A DNA stretch of 64,000 nucleotides, taken from the NCBI RefSeq assembly GCF_038025025.1, contig NW_027117348.1:930001-994000 (forward strand), in the 5' to 3' direction. A model generated the notes under the pieces. The model made no database searches. It was not told the origin of the DNA and saw nothing but the letters and a program-made list of their open reading frames with translations. Below are positions 12,298 to 25,983 of the stretch, in pieces. Position 1 is the stretch's first letter, and every line of letters begins with the position of its first letter. This stretch comes from Phyllosticta citribraziliensis. Its lineage: Eukaryota. Both the position numbers and the translations under genes were made by a program.

Positions 12298-15196
12298 TCA
12301 ATTGAGCTTCGCGCTCAAGACACCATCCAGGGAGTCGTGGGCGCCATTGATAGCAATGTCTAGCACACGATCAGTCAGGCCCTGCCATTCAACACCGAGC
12401 CTTTCTGCCAGAAGCGCGCCCGTGTTCCCACTGGAAAAGCGTGTGGCAAGATCGTCGTGTGCGCCGTCGCTGAGCCTGTTCTTCCAGTCGAATGCTCTTT
12501 GTCTTACTTGTCCGAAGATGTCTTGCGCGACAGTCTTCAGGGGCGAGAGCTCCTTGACTGGGATGTTGCGTTGCCAGGGCTGATGCTTGAGCTTTTGCAA
12601 ACGGGTAGCCGTGTCGCAGAGACGCGATGTTGCCTGCAGCAGCTCTATCGTGAGGAAGAGGGTTTGAATGTGATTGATGAAAGGGAGGAAGCCTTTGGGC
12701 TTGTCCTTGATTGACACGTCTTGGAGTGTCGAAAAAAGGGCGTGCTCAGACAGCCAGGATTTGAGAGCTTCAATGTCCGCCGGGGTCGATTCGAGGTCTT
12801 CACCGAAGAGAACTTTGCTGGCAAGAGTACGCAGCTTTTCCCAACCGGGAATGAGCGAACGCTCGGCCGGTGTGAGTTGCGCGAGGTCTTCTTCGCTCGG
12901 GCTGTTGACAAGGCGCTCGAGCTTTTCGGTCTTCAGACGCTGGTTCTCAGGGGCCGAGATGACGGCGCAAGTCTCATCAATAAGGAGGTGCAGTGCGAGC
13001 CAGTACTTGCCGGGAGGAGGTCCAGAGGCAAGATACTCTTCGAAGCCGGGTGACTGGGAATGCTCATAGCTCCACATGCGCCTAGTGTCACGGTTGTCTT
13101 CCAAAGACTCGAGGTCATCGTCTAAGAGGCACAATGTTAGTATGCTGTTTTTCCAAAAAAGACAATAAGACTCACCGAGCAGCTCCGTAAATGAATCCGA
13201 AACGTGCTCGCCTCGGACCCTTTCAATCCTTCGGCGCTCGAGGACCCAGATCTTGTTGTTCAAGCTCTTCGTCAACGCCTTCTTGAGCTCTGCGATCTCC
13301 AGTAGTCTATCATACTGCAGAGTGTCCATGTCTGCGCCAATAAAGGCTTGCAATGTATTGGTGATTTTCTGACTTGTCTGCAGAATCCTGTCAAGTAACG
13401 CGTTGGGGTCCAGCCAGCTTCCGACTCCAGTCTTTGATCGATAATGGAAGGGGTGGATTACTGAGATTCTTGTGAACATGAGGTGTGCGAGGGTCTCCAT
13501 GAGAATTTCTTTGATCTTGAGACCCTCCCACGTACTCATGCCTTCGCGGAAGTTGCCAACATAGGAGAGAAGGCGTGTGTGAAAGAGCTGCGCCTTACGA
13601 CTGTCCCCGCGCGCTTGCAAAAGCTTCGAAGTGACTGCCAGAGCCTGAAGGAGATAGACCTGTGAAGCCTCAAGGTGGTAGAGACGGACAAGCACCATAG
13701 CCGCCAGGGCACACGCGTCTTCGAAGGCAAAGTCTTCTTTGCCGGCAGCCTCTGCCTGGAGATCGACAGCAGCCCTAAGTACTTCTTCCAGAATTTCATT
13801 GGAAGGGGCATTGCCTTTGGAAACACGAAGAAAATAGTCGGCCTTGATCGCGTTTGCCTTGGTCCGCAGTTTGCGAGCTTCAGCCTTGCGATCTGTGCCG
13901 TCTCCTAGCTGTGACTGCTCGGTTGTGAATTGATGGCAGAAGTCCAGGAACTTGGCTTGATGATCTTCATTCAGATCCTCAACGTATGGGCTTATGTCCT
14001 CAAAGCATATTTGCTCCTTGGCAAAAACGGACCAATACGTGCAGATATTCTCGAACTTTTCAGCCTGGCTTTGGGCGCTCACGCCGACCTTGGGCAAAAG
14101 CTGAACTCGAAGAGTCACCTCGTCATGTTGGTCATGTATCGAATCGACCATGTTTGTCAAGGACTGCTTGGCCGTAGCATCCGATGCACTGGAAGACGTT
14201 AAATCTCTTCGCTTTCAACCACCAAAATAGCAGTACATACCTCTTGAGCAGTTCTCGATAAGCAAGATGGAGTCCCCTCCAAAGCGAGTAGTCGTGGAGC
14301 CAGAGAGAATAGGAAGTCTTGGACGCCTCGTCGGGCTTGTGTGTTTGCTTTAAAGATCCTGAACAAAAGTCCCAAAGTTCTTGCCACATTCCAGCAGCCT
14401 CCAGAACTTCGAGTTTGATTCTCACGAAACCCAGATCACAGACCACAAGGGGCGAGAAGATGCCCACCTTGGGGTGGTCGAGAATCTCCAGGACTTCCTT
14501 GTACAGCTTTTGCTTTGCGTAAACCTGCAGCAGGAGGCGAAGTTCTCGGCGCGTCGTAACAGCATCCGCTGACTTGTCTCCAGCCATTGCCTTGTCAATC
14601 GCCATCTTGAGAGTCCTCCTGGCAAGCATGCTCATGAGGGTGGCTGTCTTGGGGTCTTTGGGCTGCAGCGTCTCGGCGGCGAGCTGCTGGACTGCTGGGA
14701 CCGCGAAACAGTACCACTCATTCTTAGGGTTCTTATTCTTCAAAGTGACAATTGCCTGAAATGAGGACGTCAGCTTGCTCCAAACAGCATGCGAACAGGG
14801 GATACGTACGAGTTGTGCGTCGTCCCAAGCGTCGACGGCCGCGGCCGACTCAAACCACGTGATGAGAATGTCGTCGGATCCCGTGGCCTTGAATGCATTC
14901 TGCCACAGCTTGTTTCTCCTTGGCCCTGTGCCCGGCTTCTCGCACAGCCGCAAGTGGATGGCACGCAACAATTCGACATCGATGATGGCGGGCTGCGAGT
15001 CACACAGCGCCTCTAGTTGTTGAAAAGCCTCGTCATCACGGGCAAACTTGAGGTAGACGGCAGCCTTCCAGAAGAGCAGATAAGGGTCCTTGGGCTTCTT
15101 CTGCAGCTTCTTTTCGCATTCTTTGAGGGCCTGCTTGATATTTGATCCGGAGTAGAGGACCTTATCGTTGATGGCGTGCACGCTCAAAGAGGCCAT
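12298..15196 (-). CDS. MDM20: NatB N-acetyltransferase auxiliary subunit (multi-exon)
   Basis: N-terminus NIKQALKECEKKLQKKPKDPYLL, TPR-like helical body, CFEDISPYV and LKIKEILMETLAHLMFTRISVIHP motifs typical of MDM20/NAA25. Confidence 0.85.
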
Positions 15197-15864
15197 GGCG
15201 GAGTCGAGCGTGACGGCGAGCGGCACCAGCCGAGGACAAGGAGGTCTGCGCGATCGACTCAAGGGACCAGCAACAAGGAGGCACAGGAAGGCGAAGAGTG
15301 GATATGGCTGGAATGGACTCCAGGGCAGATGCGCAGCCAGGGCTAGCTCGGGATGAGGTTGGGTACTAGGAACCAACAGATTCAAGCTGCGCTGCGGTAG
15401 CGAAGAAATCCCGAGGCTGTGGGTCATCACCTACAGTATACGACCTACGCCCTACATCACCTACTGTACAGCATAGCATCCACGCGCGCCATTGCCGTCT
15501 TTGCTACTTGCATGCGACAGGCCTTATCTGATGCACTTGTCGCCTTGTCCAACCCCACAACACCGGGATACGGGTAGGGATGCGCGTCGGACAAGCCTGC
15601 GCCACGCTGTGCCGTCCATGTTGGCCTCCAGATGATCTGCCCAGGCGCTGCTGCTGATCATCCAGCTGTCATCCACATGGCGGTTGGACCCAAGGGCCCT
15701 CCCATTGGCACATGCAAGGATATCTCTCCTACATGTAGATAAAGGAAGAACCGTTTGCTGTGCATGCGCGCCTCCAAACCCTCGTGTACATGTTTCCCCC
15801 CGTCATTTTTTTTAAACGCCAACCAATCATTTTGTCAATCATTCAACTACCAAGAACAAGGCGT

Positions 15865-16396
15865 CTATCCCGACTTGGACTTTTTCCGTGCCTCCATCTG
15901 TGTGTGGGAAATGCTTTAGCCCGAGTGCCGCTATCCGGGGAGCTATCCGCGCGATAGTCATTGTCGCCGGGGGAGATCACGTACCCATTGCTTTTTGCAA
16001 TCGCGGTAGGCCCTAGAGTTCAGAGCGCTATCAGTACCGAATCATGGCGCGCGGTATGCGATTGACGCTGCTAGGCGAAGCTTGGGAATCCAGGGCGACG
16101 TACTGGAAGTAGTCGCGGCAGAGGTCGCGATCACCGCCGTTGCGATGGAGACACCTGATACTGCGCGTCGCAGCGTCCTGGCACGGGTCGTAGTATTCGC
16201 TAAGAGATTTGCTGGGGTTGAGGCGGCGGCGTCAGTACGGTAGGGTAGGGTAGGGTAGGGTAGGTGATACGTAGTCGCGCGCAGTAGGGCCGGGCCGCCG
16301 GACAGGGCAGGGGAGGGAGAGGATGGCGTACTTGTTGAATTTGGCGGCCGTCTTGTCGGTCCAAGGGTTCTCGTTGTTGTCTTGGTCGCCAGCCAT
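15865..16396 (-). CDS. COX23: Twin CX9C cytochrome c oxidase assembly factor (4 exons)
   Basis: Spliced product [77 protein letters not shown], with two CX9C motifs. Not shown as one ORF in the track. Confidence 0.9.
16241..16264 (+). repeat. (TAGGG)4 pentanucleotide repeat in COX23 intron 1
   Basis: tagggtagggtagggtagggtagg read directly. Confidence 0.9.
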
Positions 16397-18126
16397 GGTG
16401 GACGTAATGCAATTGTTGATGTCAGAGAGGCGCATCCATCAATGGGAATTGGGCGGGTGGGCGGTAGGCGGCGGCAGTAAGGTAAGGTAATGACGGGTAT
16501 GGCCCGTGCAGATTGACTAAGCGCCCATATTGAGGCTGGCTGGGTTCCTTCTGTTCTCCCGCTCCACTCGCATCCGTCACTCAGGTCAGGTCGCCCTGCC
16601 TGCATGTGGTCTCTCGCCTGCACTGCGACGTGAGTGGACCAAACCCCGTCATGATCCGCCACTTTGCCTTGTCTACCGAGTCCAGCTTCGAGGGGTAAGC
16701 CTGCTCGCGGCCGCCTTGTGGTCAACCATTTGTTTCCAGACTCACACCGGTCGTTGTCAAGCTCTTCTTCGCTGTCATGGCACGCGACTAGACTGATAAG
16801 CCTTTTTCGAGAAATCGAGGGATGGATGCAATCGCAAAAGCCCGCGCTCTCTGGCTGGCTGCCCGACCGGCTGCAAAGCCGACCGTGACCGCTGCCGGAT
16901 CAAGTGCTCCGTCGCGGGGAACCCACCTAAACACTTCGCCTGGCAGCATTATTCTGCTCGAGCTGCAGCCGGGCACACTACATGCCATCAATCACCATCG
17001 ACATGGTGGCAACGACAGCGTCCTTCGTCGACGGCGTCTACTGTATACCGACTTCGCAAGGACTGCGGCCGTGGCTGGCAGGGGCTTGCTTTGGCACCGG
17101 TCCAATCTCAGCTCCATCATCATCAGGGCCTCTTCCCGATTTGGATAACATTTCCATGTCTAGTCCACGACTGCTTTTGCAACGCTCCGTCATGCCCTCG
17201 CGGTCCTAGCCCTCCACACTCGCCGTCGCCAGCCTCCACTTTTCCGCTGTCGATGAGACTCGCGGCTGCTGGGATTCGTCCTTTTCCTTGACTAACGCCT
17301 TGCCCTCTGGTATGCTTGTTCGAGGCCCTCGGTGCTGCTGCTTGACGTGGGCCGTCGTCGGCCTTCCTGGAATAGAAGTCAATTCCCTCGCAGGGACATG
17401 GCGTCTTGGTGCTGCCCGGGGCCACGCCTTCGGTTCCGTGGCAGCAGGGAAATCCACTCCAAGCCCGTTATCCTGCCCCGGCCCATGCCTCCATCCACAC
17501 CGTCGATGCTTCGCGATAACGTATCCATGATAACGCACATGCCAATTGCGCCCCGTGGTACCACCGCGACACAATGGGAAGCTCTGCGAATTCGCTTCAT
17601 CATTTGGCGACCCATGATAGTGCTCCATCCATCGAGGTCGATCTCTCGTAGCAATCGCCGTTGGCAAGGGGGGATCCTGAGTCGCGCCTGGGTTCTCGCC
17701 GCCTGGGCCAGCACATGCCTGTCGTTTTCTTCCTGGCTGTGTTCCATCGTCTTGATGAAGCCTTGATGGATATAAAGTCGCTTCGCTTCGTCCACCTGCT
17801 ACCATCAGCATCCCATCTTGCTTTGATCAAGAACCAGAGTCCTTGAACTCGTGTGACCCTCATCATCACCGTCCCAGACGCTGTCCACCTTGTGTTGCAA
17901 CCCCTCGAGCCCTTGGACATACTCCCTTGGTGTTGAGCCCGCCACCCTATCCGACCTCAGCTCTTGCGCAATTTGTAAAACCAGGTAGGTGTTGACCCGG
18001 CAAATCCTTGCTAGCCTCAGTATGGGCATGCGGCTCTGTCCGCTCCATGCTCTTGCTTAGACGGATTTTCCCCCTGACTCGACTCGTAGTGGCGGTGGTG
18101 TTGACGTGGATCTTGCAGAAATAAAA

Positions 18127-19395
18127 ATGGCCGCCGTAGCAACGCAGTCCATCTCCCTCCCTCCCCGTCCCAACTTCAAGCCCATCATCCAGAATGTGGC
18201 TGCCGAGAAGGCCCCCGAGCAAAAGACCATGGGCTCAGATTTCCAGCCGGAAAAGCACTTGGCGTACAAGGAAAAGGCCGAGGTCATCATGATGAAGGAC
18301 ATTGGATACCCCGAAGACCGCGGCGTGTCCCCGGTCGCAGTGTCCAAGCCATTCCCGCTCTTCTCCCAGGAAGCTATCCACGAAATGAGAGGCGAAATCT
18401 TCCAAAAGGAAGTCATGGAAAACTGCAGCTACAGCAGTAACATTGCAGCCTGCCAGCTCAGGGGCTACGTCCCGAAGTGAGTATCATCTCGGCTTGTTTG
18501 TGTCAACTTCTTCTGACGAATTTTTTTCAGGTACGCCCCCTTTACATATGACGCTTGGACTCATCCCGAGACCCTCAAAATCATCTCTGATGTTGCTGGA
18601 GTTGAGCTCGAGCCCGTCATGGATCTCGAGATTGCCCACATCAACTTCTCGGTCAAGTCCGAAGAGCAAACCTCGAAGGAGCTCGATGTCATCAACAAGC
18701 AGAAGCGTTTCTACGCCGACGACGAGGGTATTGCTGGCTGCCCCTGGGAAGACGACAAGCCCATCGTTGGCTGGCACACCGACAGCTACCCCTTCGTCTG
18801 CGTCCTCATGCTCAGCGACTGCACCAACATGGTTGGAGGTGAGACGGCTCTTCGGACCGCCACCGGCGATGTGATGAAGGTTCGCGGACCGACCATGGTA
18901 AGTCGCTTCAGCTCCACGAATGGCGCAACGAGCTAACAATTTCGTCAGGGCTGTGCTGCCATTCTCCAGGGCCGCTACATCACCCACCAGGCCCTCCGAG
19001 CGCTCGGTGCGCAGGAGCGCATCACGGCCGTCACGTCTTTCCGCCCTCGGAATCCTTTCCAGCGTGATGACAGCGTTCTGAACACGGTCCGCCCGATCTC
19101 AGACCTCTCTGTCCTCTACCGGGGATTCGCAGAGTACCGACTGGCAATGGTCGAGGAGCGGGTCCGAGCACAACTCAAGGAGGTCCGCGAGAGGCACCGG
19201 ACGGCCAAGAAGTTTGATACCAGGACCTTCAAGAAGTTCCTGGGCGAACAGATTGCCTTCCTCCAGCACATGCAAAACGAGATTGTCCAGGACGAGGATG
19301 TCCAGGTCGGCTTCATCGAGGAGATTGATTACCCAGACGTCAAGGTCGGCGCGGATGAGGAGGATCCAGCCAGCAAGCGGCTCCGTACCGAGTAG
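18127..19395 (+). CDS. Uncharacterised fungal Fe(II)/2-oxoglutarate dioxygenase-fold protein (3 exons)
   Basis: WHTDSYPFVCVLML (HxD), GGET, LQGRYITHQAL (distal His) and ERITAVTSFRP (2OG-binding Arg). Introns at ~18477-18530 and ~18898-18948. Confidence 0.8.
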
Positions 19396-20600
19396 GTGCG
19401 CGGGTGGTAGCTGGAACTCAGCTGCTAGCCAGAGCCATTTTTGCATCTTCTAGGCACGCAGCTTGTAATTTTTTGATGAGTCACGCAGCGTTTCGGTTTT
19501 TTGCGGCATTCGAGATTGCAGATTTTGTGAGGAGAGTCCGGCCGGTCATTTTGTCGCGCCTGGCATGAATTGCATCGGGCTCGAGAGAAGGTTTTTGTTG
19601 CGCTGGCGCTTCCTCCGTTCTGTTGCTTTTGGCGCTGCTTTGGCGTTTGGTCGCTTTTGGGGATTTTTCTTCTTGCATCCTCCACAAGCAGAACACTCTT
19701 AGATAGCATGGTAATCACCAACTGAATCAAAGTTCTGACTGTAGAAGACTGATCTCGAGAGGAAATTGGTAGCACCAGAGTTGATTCTTGAGACCACTGC
19801 GTACTCGGCTCGAACAAGCTGCATCTGCACACCTCTCTCCGCGCCCCGACACCCTAGCTCTTTCCAAGTCCAGTGGCAAACTGATTTCGAATAGAAAGAA
19901 GAAAGTGAAAGATTGGCAAGCAAGTCGGGCCCTGGAAGGTGTGAGTTGGAACGTACGTGTTCTGGCAAACGCCATGGTGCATCGAAAGGCGGGGCGCACG
20001 AGCGCAGGTCATGATTGAAAGTGGGCGAGAGCGTCAACGGAGGCAGCTTGTTTGTCGGCAGAGTCCGACAGGCTGGCGCGGCCATGCAGGATGATGATCC
20101 GAACAACGTGGTTTGATGGAAACGCAACGAGAGCGAAGGATGGCAGCTTCAAGGTGATGAAGAGGTTGAGGACGCCATGCGGGAGCGCGAGGTGGATGAC
20201 GGCGAGGATTCGAGGGCGGATGGACGAGTGGAGCGGAGTCGATGGCGAAGGGGCCGGGGGGGGGGAGAGGGGAGCGGCGGATAGAAAAGAGGGCGAGAGA
20301 GAGGTGAGGGGACATGACTGGGGTGCTGGTCGACGGAGTGGTTGGCGCATCAGTCAGCAGACGTCTTGTGCTTGCATCCATGCCAGACCACACCTACAGT
20401 ACACCACCGACTTACCTTAGACCTTACCTTACCTTACCGAAACCTTGTGCATGCCTGCAGCCGCACCCAAGCCAAGCTCCACGGCCGTCGCTCACCTCAC
20501 TCCAGGAGCCTCTTCTCTGGGTTTCCAGCGCGCCGTCACTCCAAACGTCGAGCGTCGTTGCCTCTGCCGGCTTCATGCTCTCCGCCAGGCACAGGTAGTC

Positions 20601-20624
20601 CACCACCACCACCACCACCACCAC
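20601..20624 (+). repeat. (CAC)8 microsatellite upstream of the RING ligase start
   Basis: Read directly. Confidence 0.9.
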
Positions 20625-20646
20625 CCGCGACTCCCTTGACGCCCGA

Positions 20647-23600
20647 ATGGACCTGCCCCCGGGCTTCTCGAGACCCACCCGCCAGAAAACTCCCACCTCC
20701 TCGTCCAACGCCCCCGCTACCTCGTCCTCATCTCTGCCAAACTCTCGAGACATGGCTCCTCACCGGCAACCATCGGTCCCGGCCGCCAAAGCTTCCAGGG
20801 CTTCTCGCTCCTTGGCCCACGACAAAACTCTGCACCCGTCAAGCAAGGACAGCCTCAAGTCAACCTCCAGCAAAAAGCTCGAAGAAGCACCCAAGGTGGA
20901 CAAGAATGAAGAGGTGATGCTGCGGCAAGCCCGCCTCACCACGTCTCGCGCTAACCTCGAGCAACCTACAGATGTTGACATCCCTCAAATCCGACTTTGA
21001 CAGCCTGCGCTCTCTCATCACCTGCAAAATCTGTGACCGGCTGCTCTACGAGCCCTACGTCATCTCATGCGGCCATACCTACTGCTACAGCGTCTGTGAA
21101 TCTCAGACCCTTGCAAACACGCGCGCTGACTTGTTCATAGTGTCTCTGTACCTGGTTCGTCAGCAACAGAAATCGCAAGACATGCCCCGACTGCAGAAGC
21201 GTCGTGGCTCATCCGCCAGCACCTGCCTATCTCATCCGCGAGATGACCTCTGTATTCATCAATCGGACGGAGCTCCTCCCCACCGGCGAGACAGAGGACC
21301 AGCACAAGCAGTGGCAAAAAGAAGAGGCGGACATTGTGCAAGCAGACAAGAGCAACAATGATGCCCAATCCGGCGGCCTCTTCAAGGGATGCTTCAAGGC
21401 TCGCCCCGACGCCGGCCTGCGCGTGGTTCGCGATCAGATGGACGGTGTTGACCGATGCCCAATGTGCGCGTGGGAACTGGTCGACCGGGAATGTTCACAG
21501 TGTGGCCTCCAGTTTGACGAGACTGGTGCTCTCACTTGGGACAACAGCTTCACAGGCTTCAGCGACATGGATGAGACGTCTGAGCACGATACATTTTCCG
21601 AACACCTGAGCGACGACATTGACGCCGGATCTGAGGACTCGGCCATGGGCCTTGAAGAAGACGATGACATGGACGACATGCCCAACGAATACGAAGACGA
21701 GAACGGCTTTGCCGACAACTATAACCTGCAGCGATGGATGCTAGCTCATGAGATGGGACGCCCACAGGTGTTCGGCTTTGGTGCACCGCGTCGCCGAGCT
21801 ACTCACAGTGCTGCTGGCAGCACCAGAAGATCATACAGCGCTAGCGTTGCCTCCGACATGGTTTCGGAAGACACTGAAATGGGCACGCTTGAGGAGGAAG
21901 ACGAGGACGAGGACGACGGGTCTTCGATGCACAGTTTCATCGATGATGGAGAGCCAGGGTTGCCTAGCTCGTCTCGAGCATCTGCATCCATTGCAAGCCA
22001 AACGCCAACTCCGCCTTCTAATCGACATGCAGAACGCAGACGACGCGTGGTTGCGTCCGAGTCTTCGTCCAATGCATCCAACTCGGTTGAAGAACTTGAC
22101 GAGGATGATGAAGTCGACGACGAAGGACCCATTACACATGGCAGAAGGCGAACGATGTTCCAGGGGCGAAGTGTGTTCCAGGCGGTCCAGCCACGCAGGG
22201 CTCGGGCGCGCGTCGCGCCGTCCACTTCTTCCGTTGGCGATGACTCGATTGACGGAGAATACGACGAAGAAGCCACGCAACATCTTCTCCGAGAAGCTGG
22301 ATGGTCCCCGCTTGAGCCGGAGGATCAAGACGATGAGATGGAGGAGGATGATGATGACGATAGCGATGGTGGAAGAACGACTGTTGGGTGGGCGCCGATT
22401 GCGAATTCTGTTGAACGATCACGGGCCGGAGGTTCTCTAACACCTACTGCAGATAGACCGAACGTGGCGATTCGACCGCCATCTCGCGCTGGGAACCCTC
22501 GATTTCTTGATGGCTCCAGGGGCCTACGTCGACGGAGCTCGGTTCTTTCAGGAGCCTCGGGAGCCAACTACGAAGATGGTGAAGCTGATGACGATGACTC
22601 CGACATCGACAGGGGAGACGACGGCAGTATGAGGTCTCCAGTCGTGAGAACTCGAAGTTCCCGTTTGCGCCTGCGGGGTGGAGGAGCTGCGGGCAACGCT
22701 CGTCCTCCGAGTAGTGCTTTTTCTGGCAATGCAGTTGACCAAGAAAGCGAGGGAGATTCAGATGAGACAGCCGGTCCAGGCGCCCGCAGTCGGCGCTTTC
22801 GTGGCCATCGACAAGAATACGACCCACGGATCAGTTATTTCTTCGCTCAACACATGGCTGAGCTCCGTGATATCGATATCGAGCGCCAAGACGCAGTGCT
22901 AGGTCATCTTAATGAGCTGCGTGCTACGACTCCCGTCGCACGCCCTCGGACAGTCAACAGGAACCGGAACTCTGCATATGCATCTCAACATCAAGCTCTA
23001 TCCAATAGCGCTTTGCCACCCTTGTCACCCCCAGCGAATGTTCCTGCTAGACTTCGTACGCCATCAAATCATAATTCGTCTGGTGGCTCGTCTGCTGCAA
23101 TTTCGCCGCGGCTGGGACGTAGTAATGGTCCTTCGAGCCAGGCGACCTTTGCTTCTGCAGAGTCTAGCATCTACGGCCAGCGCCGGAATCCCACGCCATC
23201 CTCAGCGGCTAGTGGTGCAACAGCAGCCGACGCCCCTGTTCAAGTGCAAAGCTTCATAGACGGTTCGCACACCTGGTCCAACAGTAATTCGACAGATGCA
23301 AGTGACCGCCCGCTCAGTAGGACAAGCACATCCAGCAGCCGACGCAGCTCTGGATCATACCAGGGACCGATATCACCAGGTCTCAACTTCGCAGCGCGCT
23401 TGGCGCAAACGCGGAATCCCTTCAATCCGTACATGACTCTGGGCCCGCGACCTCGTCAATCGAACCAGCGACTCCGTGAACAGTCTTCTACAGCTACTCT
23501 TCGTCCCCGTCAGTCTCAGCGCGGCCTTCGCCAACAACCATCCCATGCCAATGTCCGAGATGCGAATGCGCCGGTCCAGCATGTCCGCCAGCAATCCTCG

Positions 23601-24308
23601 CGTGTGAATTTAAGATCGCAGCCCTCCCAGCATCGTCTCTCATCCCAGCCGTCCTCCCGCGCCCTCCGAAATGCGAACATCAGCAGCATGCACCAATCCA
23701 ACGGCTCAACCACGAGCATCGGCTCAAACGGCTCAACATCGGGACGCTCGAGACTCACAGAAGAAGAACGACTCAGCCGCGCGCGAGAGCTCGTCATTAG
23801 CCGCCAGCAGGCCCTCAGCACTGGCACCAACCCGTTCACTGCTGGTCGCGGTCGTGGCAGGCCACCTACCCAGGACGCGACGAGTAGCACAGCAACATCC
23901 AGCTCTTCAAGTCAGTACAGCGTTGAAACTGTACCTTCGCGAGCTGCCGCGATGCCCAGGCCTGTGTATGCGTCTGGATCAGGGACAGCGCCGGCGCAGA
24001 CTTTGACGCAACAGCAACAAGGTTTGGCTTCGACTGCTGGCTACCGACCAACGCCGGCGCGGCGTGTGATCCACAGGAATGCCGAGCCGGTCACGACTGG
24101 ACAGCCAGGAGGCGGAGGCGCGATTGGCTCTGGCAGTGGGATCAATTCTGTGCGGACGCGAGGCCAGCCAGTATCAGGGGTAGTAGCGCCAACTTACAGC
24201 TTTGACAACGGTCAGGGACATGGGGGTGGCTCCGCAAGGGCAGGTTCCGTTGCGTCCTCGTCAGTGTCAAGTGCTATTACGGCCGGTGGCGAAGCGGGGA
24301 GGTATTGA
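20647..24308 (+). CDS. RING-finger E3 ubiquitin ligase, Psh1-like, with long acidic/Ser-Arg disordered tail (3 exons)
   Basis: Spliced C3HC4 RING TCKICDRLLYEPYVISCGHTYCYS|CLCTWF...KTCPDCR, PAPAYLIREM, and a second Cys cluster DGVDRCPMCAWEL...CSQCG. Start could be 20647 or 20752. Confidence 0.8.
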
Positions 24309-25983
24309 GGGGATGGCGGTTGTAGCTGCCGTGAATTGTGCGGTTGGTTGAAGCTAGCGTGGCTGTTTCTCACGTTTTCCTTATTCGTCTCTATCGTCTT
24401 TTACTTTCCTCTTCTGCAATGCACTTTCATCATCTTCTTTTGGGGCTGCAATTTAAATTGCGCTCGAGTCGTTAGCTTAGGAGGCTGAGCTGTTTCTGTT
24501 ACGGAATCACGAATGGGTCTGGGTCATGACAGCAAGGGACTGGGGCATGGAGGGACAATGGTTTTGGGGCAGGTAAGGATGCCCTAGGGAACTCACGGAT
24601 CACGAAAATGATGATGGATGGCACTGCGAACGAACAAGATGACGGAGTAAAACATGGCATTGAAGACTCAACCAAACGGGTGGCGTTGGTGGATATGGTC
24701 GAGAAGCAGCAAATGGAAGAACCAAGACAAGTGATGAGCGGACGAGGAGAGGTGCGTGTCCAGGGCACAGTCAATTAGAAAGACGTAGTAGATGCATCAA
24801 ATGACAGACCGGTTAAGCCGTCTTCTCCGCTCTCTGCGATCAGCTACCTACACTATGTCGTTGCACGCGGTCACCCGGAATCCATGGCGCCCGTGATGAA
24901 GTCGAACCTTCAAAATTTGCCGTTCCACACTTCGTGCCTTCTACCTGGGCATGCGCTTATTGTGGAATATACGCACGCCTCCAAACTTGGGCATCTGCCT
25001 GTCAGTGACGGCCGCTCCTCCTCTAGAGCGGGTGCGTCGAATGGCGCCAGGGGCCAGCTAACTACCTATCGTACCTGGACTAACATACTGAGAGGATAAC
25101 AGTTTTTGTTGCGCTCCTGTCTGACGGCACACCAAGGTATGGTATGGTAGTTAGCTTGTCACGTTATGGTAGGCCAGTCCTCAGTCCAAGGCGCTGCTCG
25201 GCAGAAAAATCAGCCCTAATGACAATGGCCTGATGCCTACTTACCAATTTACTATGCAAAGCTTGCCCTCTTTGTATCCATTCGCTTCTGTTAGCTCAGC
25301 TCGGGTTAAGGTAGGGATCCGCCTGTCCGCGCGGACGTCGCAGCCGCCGGTGGGACAATACAGTTAGTTAGTCTGTTCCTCGAGTACATACCTAGTAGTG
25401 CGGCGGCGCCTGATGCCTAAACGGGAAGGCATGGGCAGGGAGGAGGGCATTTAGTTTTAGTCGAGGCTATTCGAGACGGGGATGGGTTGCCTTTTGTGGG
25501 GGGTAGGTGCCGTGACGGGGAGGTCCCGTCTCGTGGCGTCGAGTAGGGGTGGTGGTACGGGAGTTGTATTATTGATGTGAGGAGGAGAGGACGGGGAGGG
25601 ATGGACGCTTCAAGATGCTTCAGGGCGCAATTTGGATAGAGGTTGCAACACGTGATGTGAGTTGGAATAGGTGTTCCCGGATTGTCGCCTGTAGGAAATG
25701 CATGTAAGGTTATGTGTGCTTACTGCGGGCGTAGGTAGGCATGTGAGTATCTGACCTGTCAGTGTTTGGATGAGTTGATCAGGATGCTCTGATCCTCGGG
25801 ATTTTGCGAGTAGAACAGATGGATAGAAGTGCAGGCGTGTGAATATTGCTAGTAACACATGTATGCTAAGGGAATCTCCATCATCATCGCTGTTCTGTTA
25901 TCCCATCCCAACAGTATCAATACAAACCATCCAACCGACCATGCAACCAGTAACGCCCAATGCCATACCCAAAGCTTCTGCCC

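Noticed and set aside
16800..18030. Several 70-200 aa ORFs between COX23 and the dioxygenase
   Set aside because: No recognisable motif, no consistent splice model and weak codon bias.
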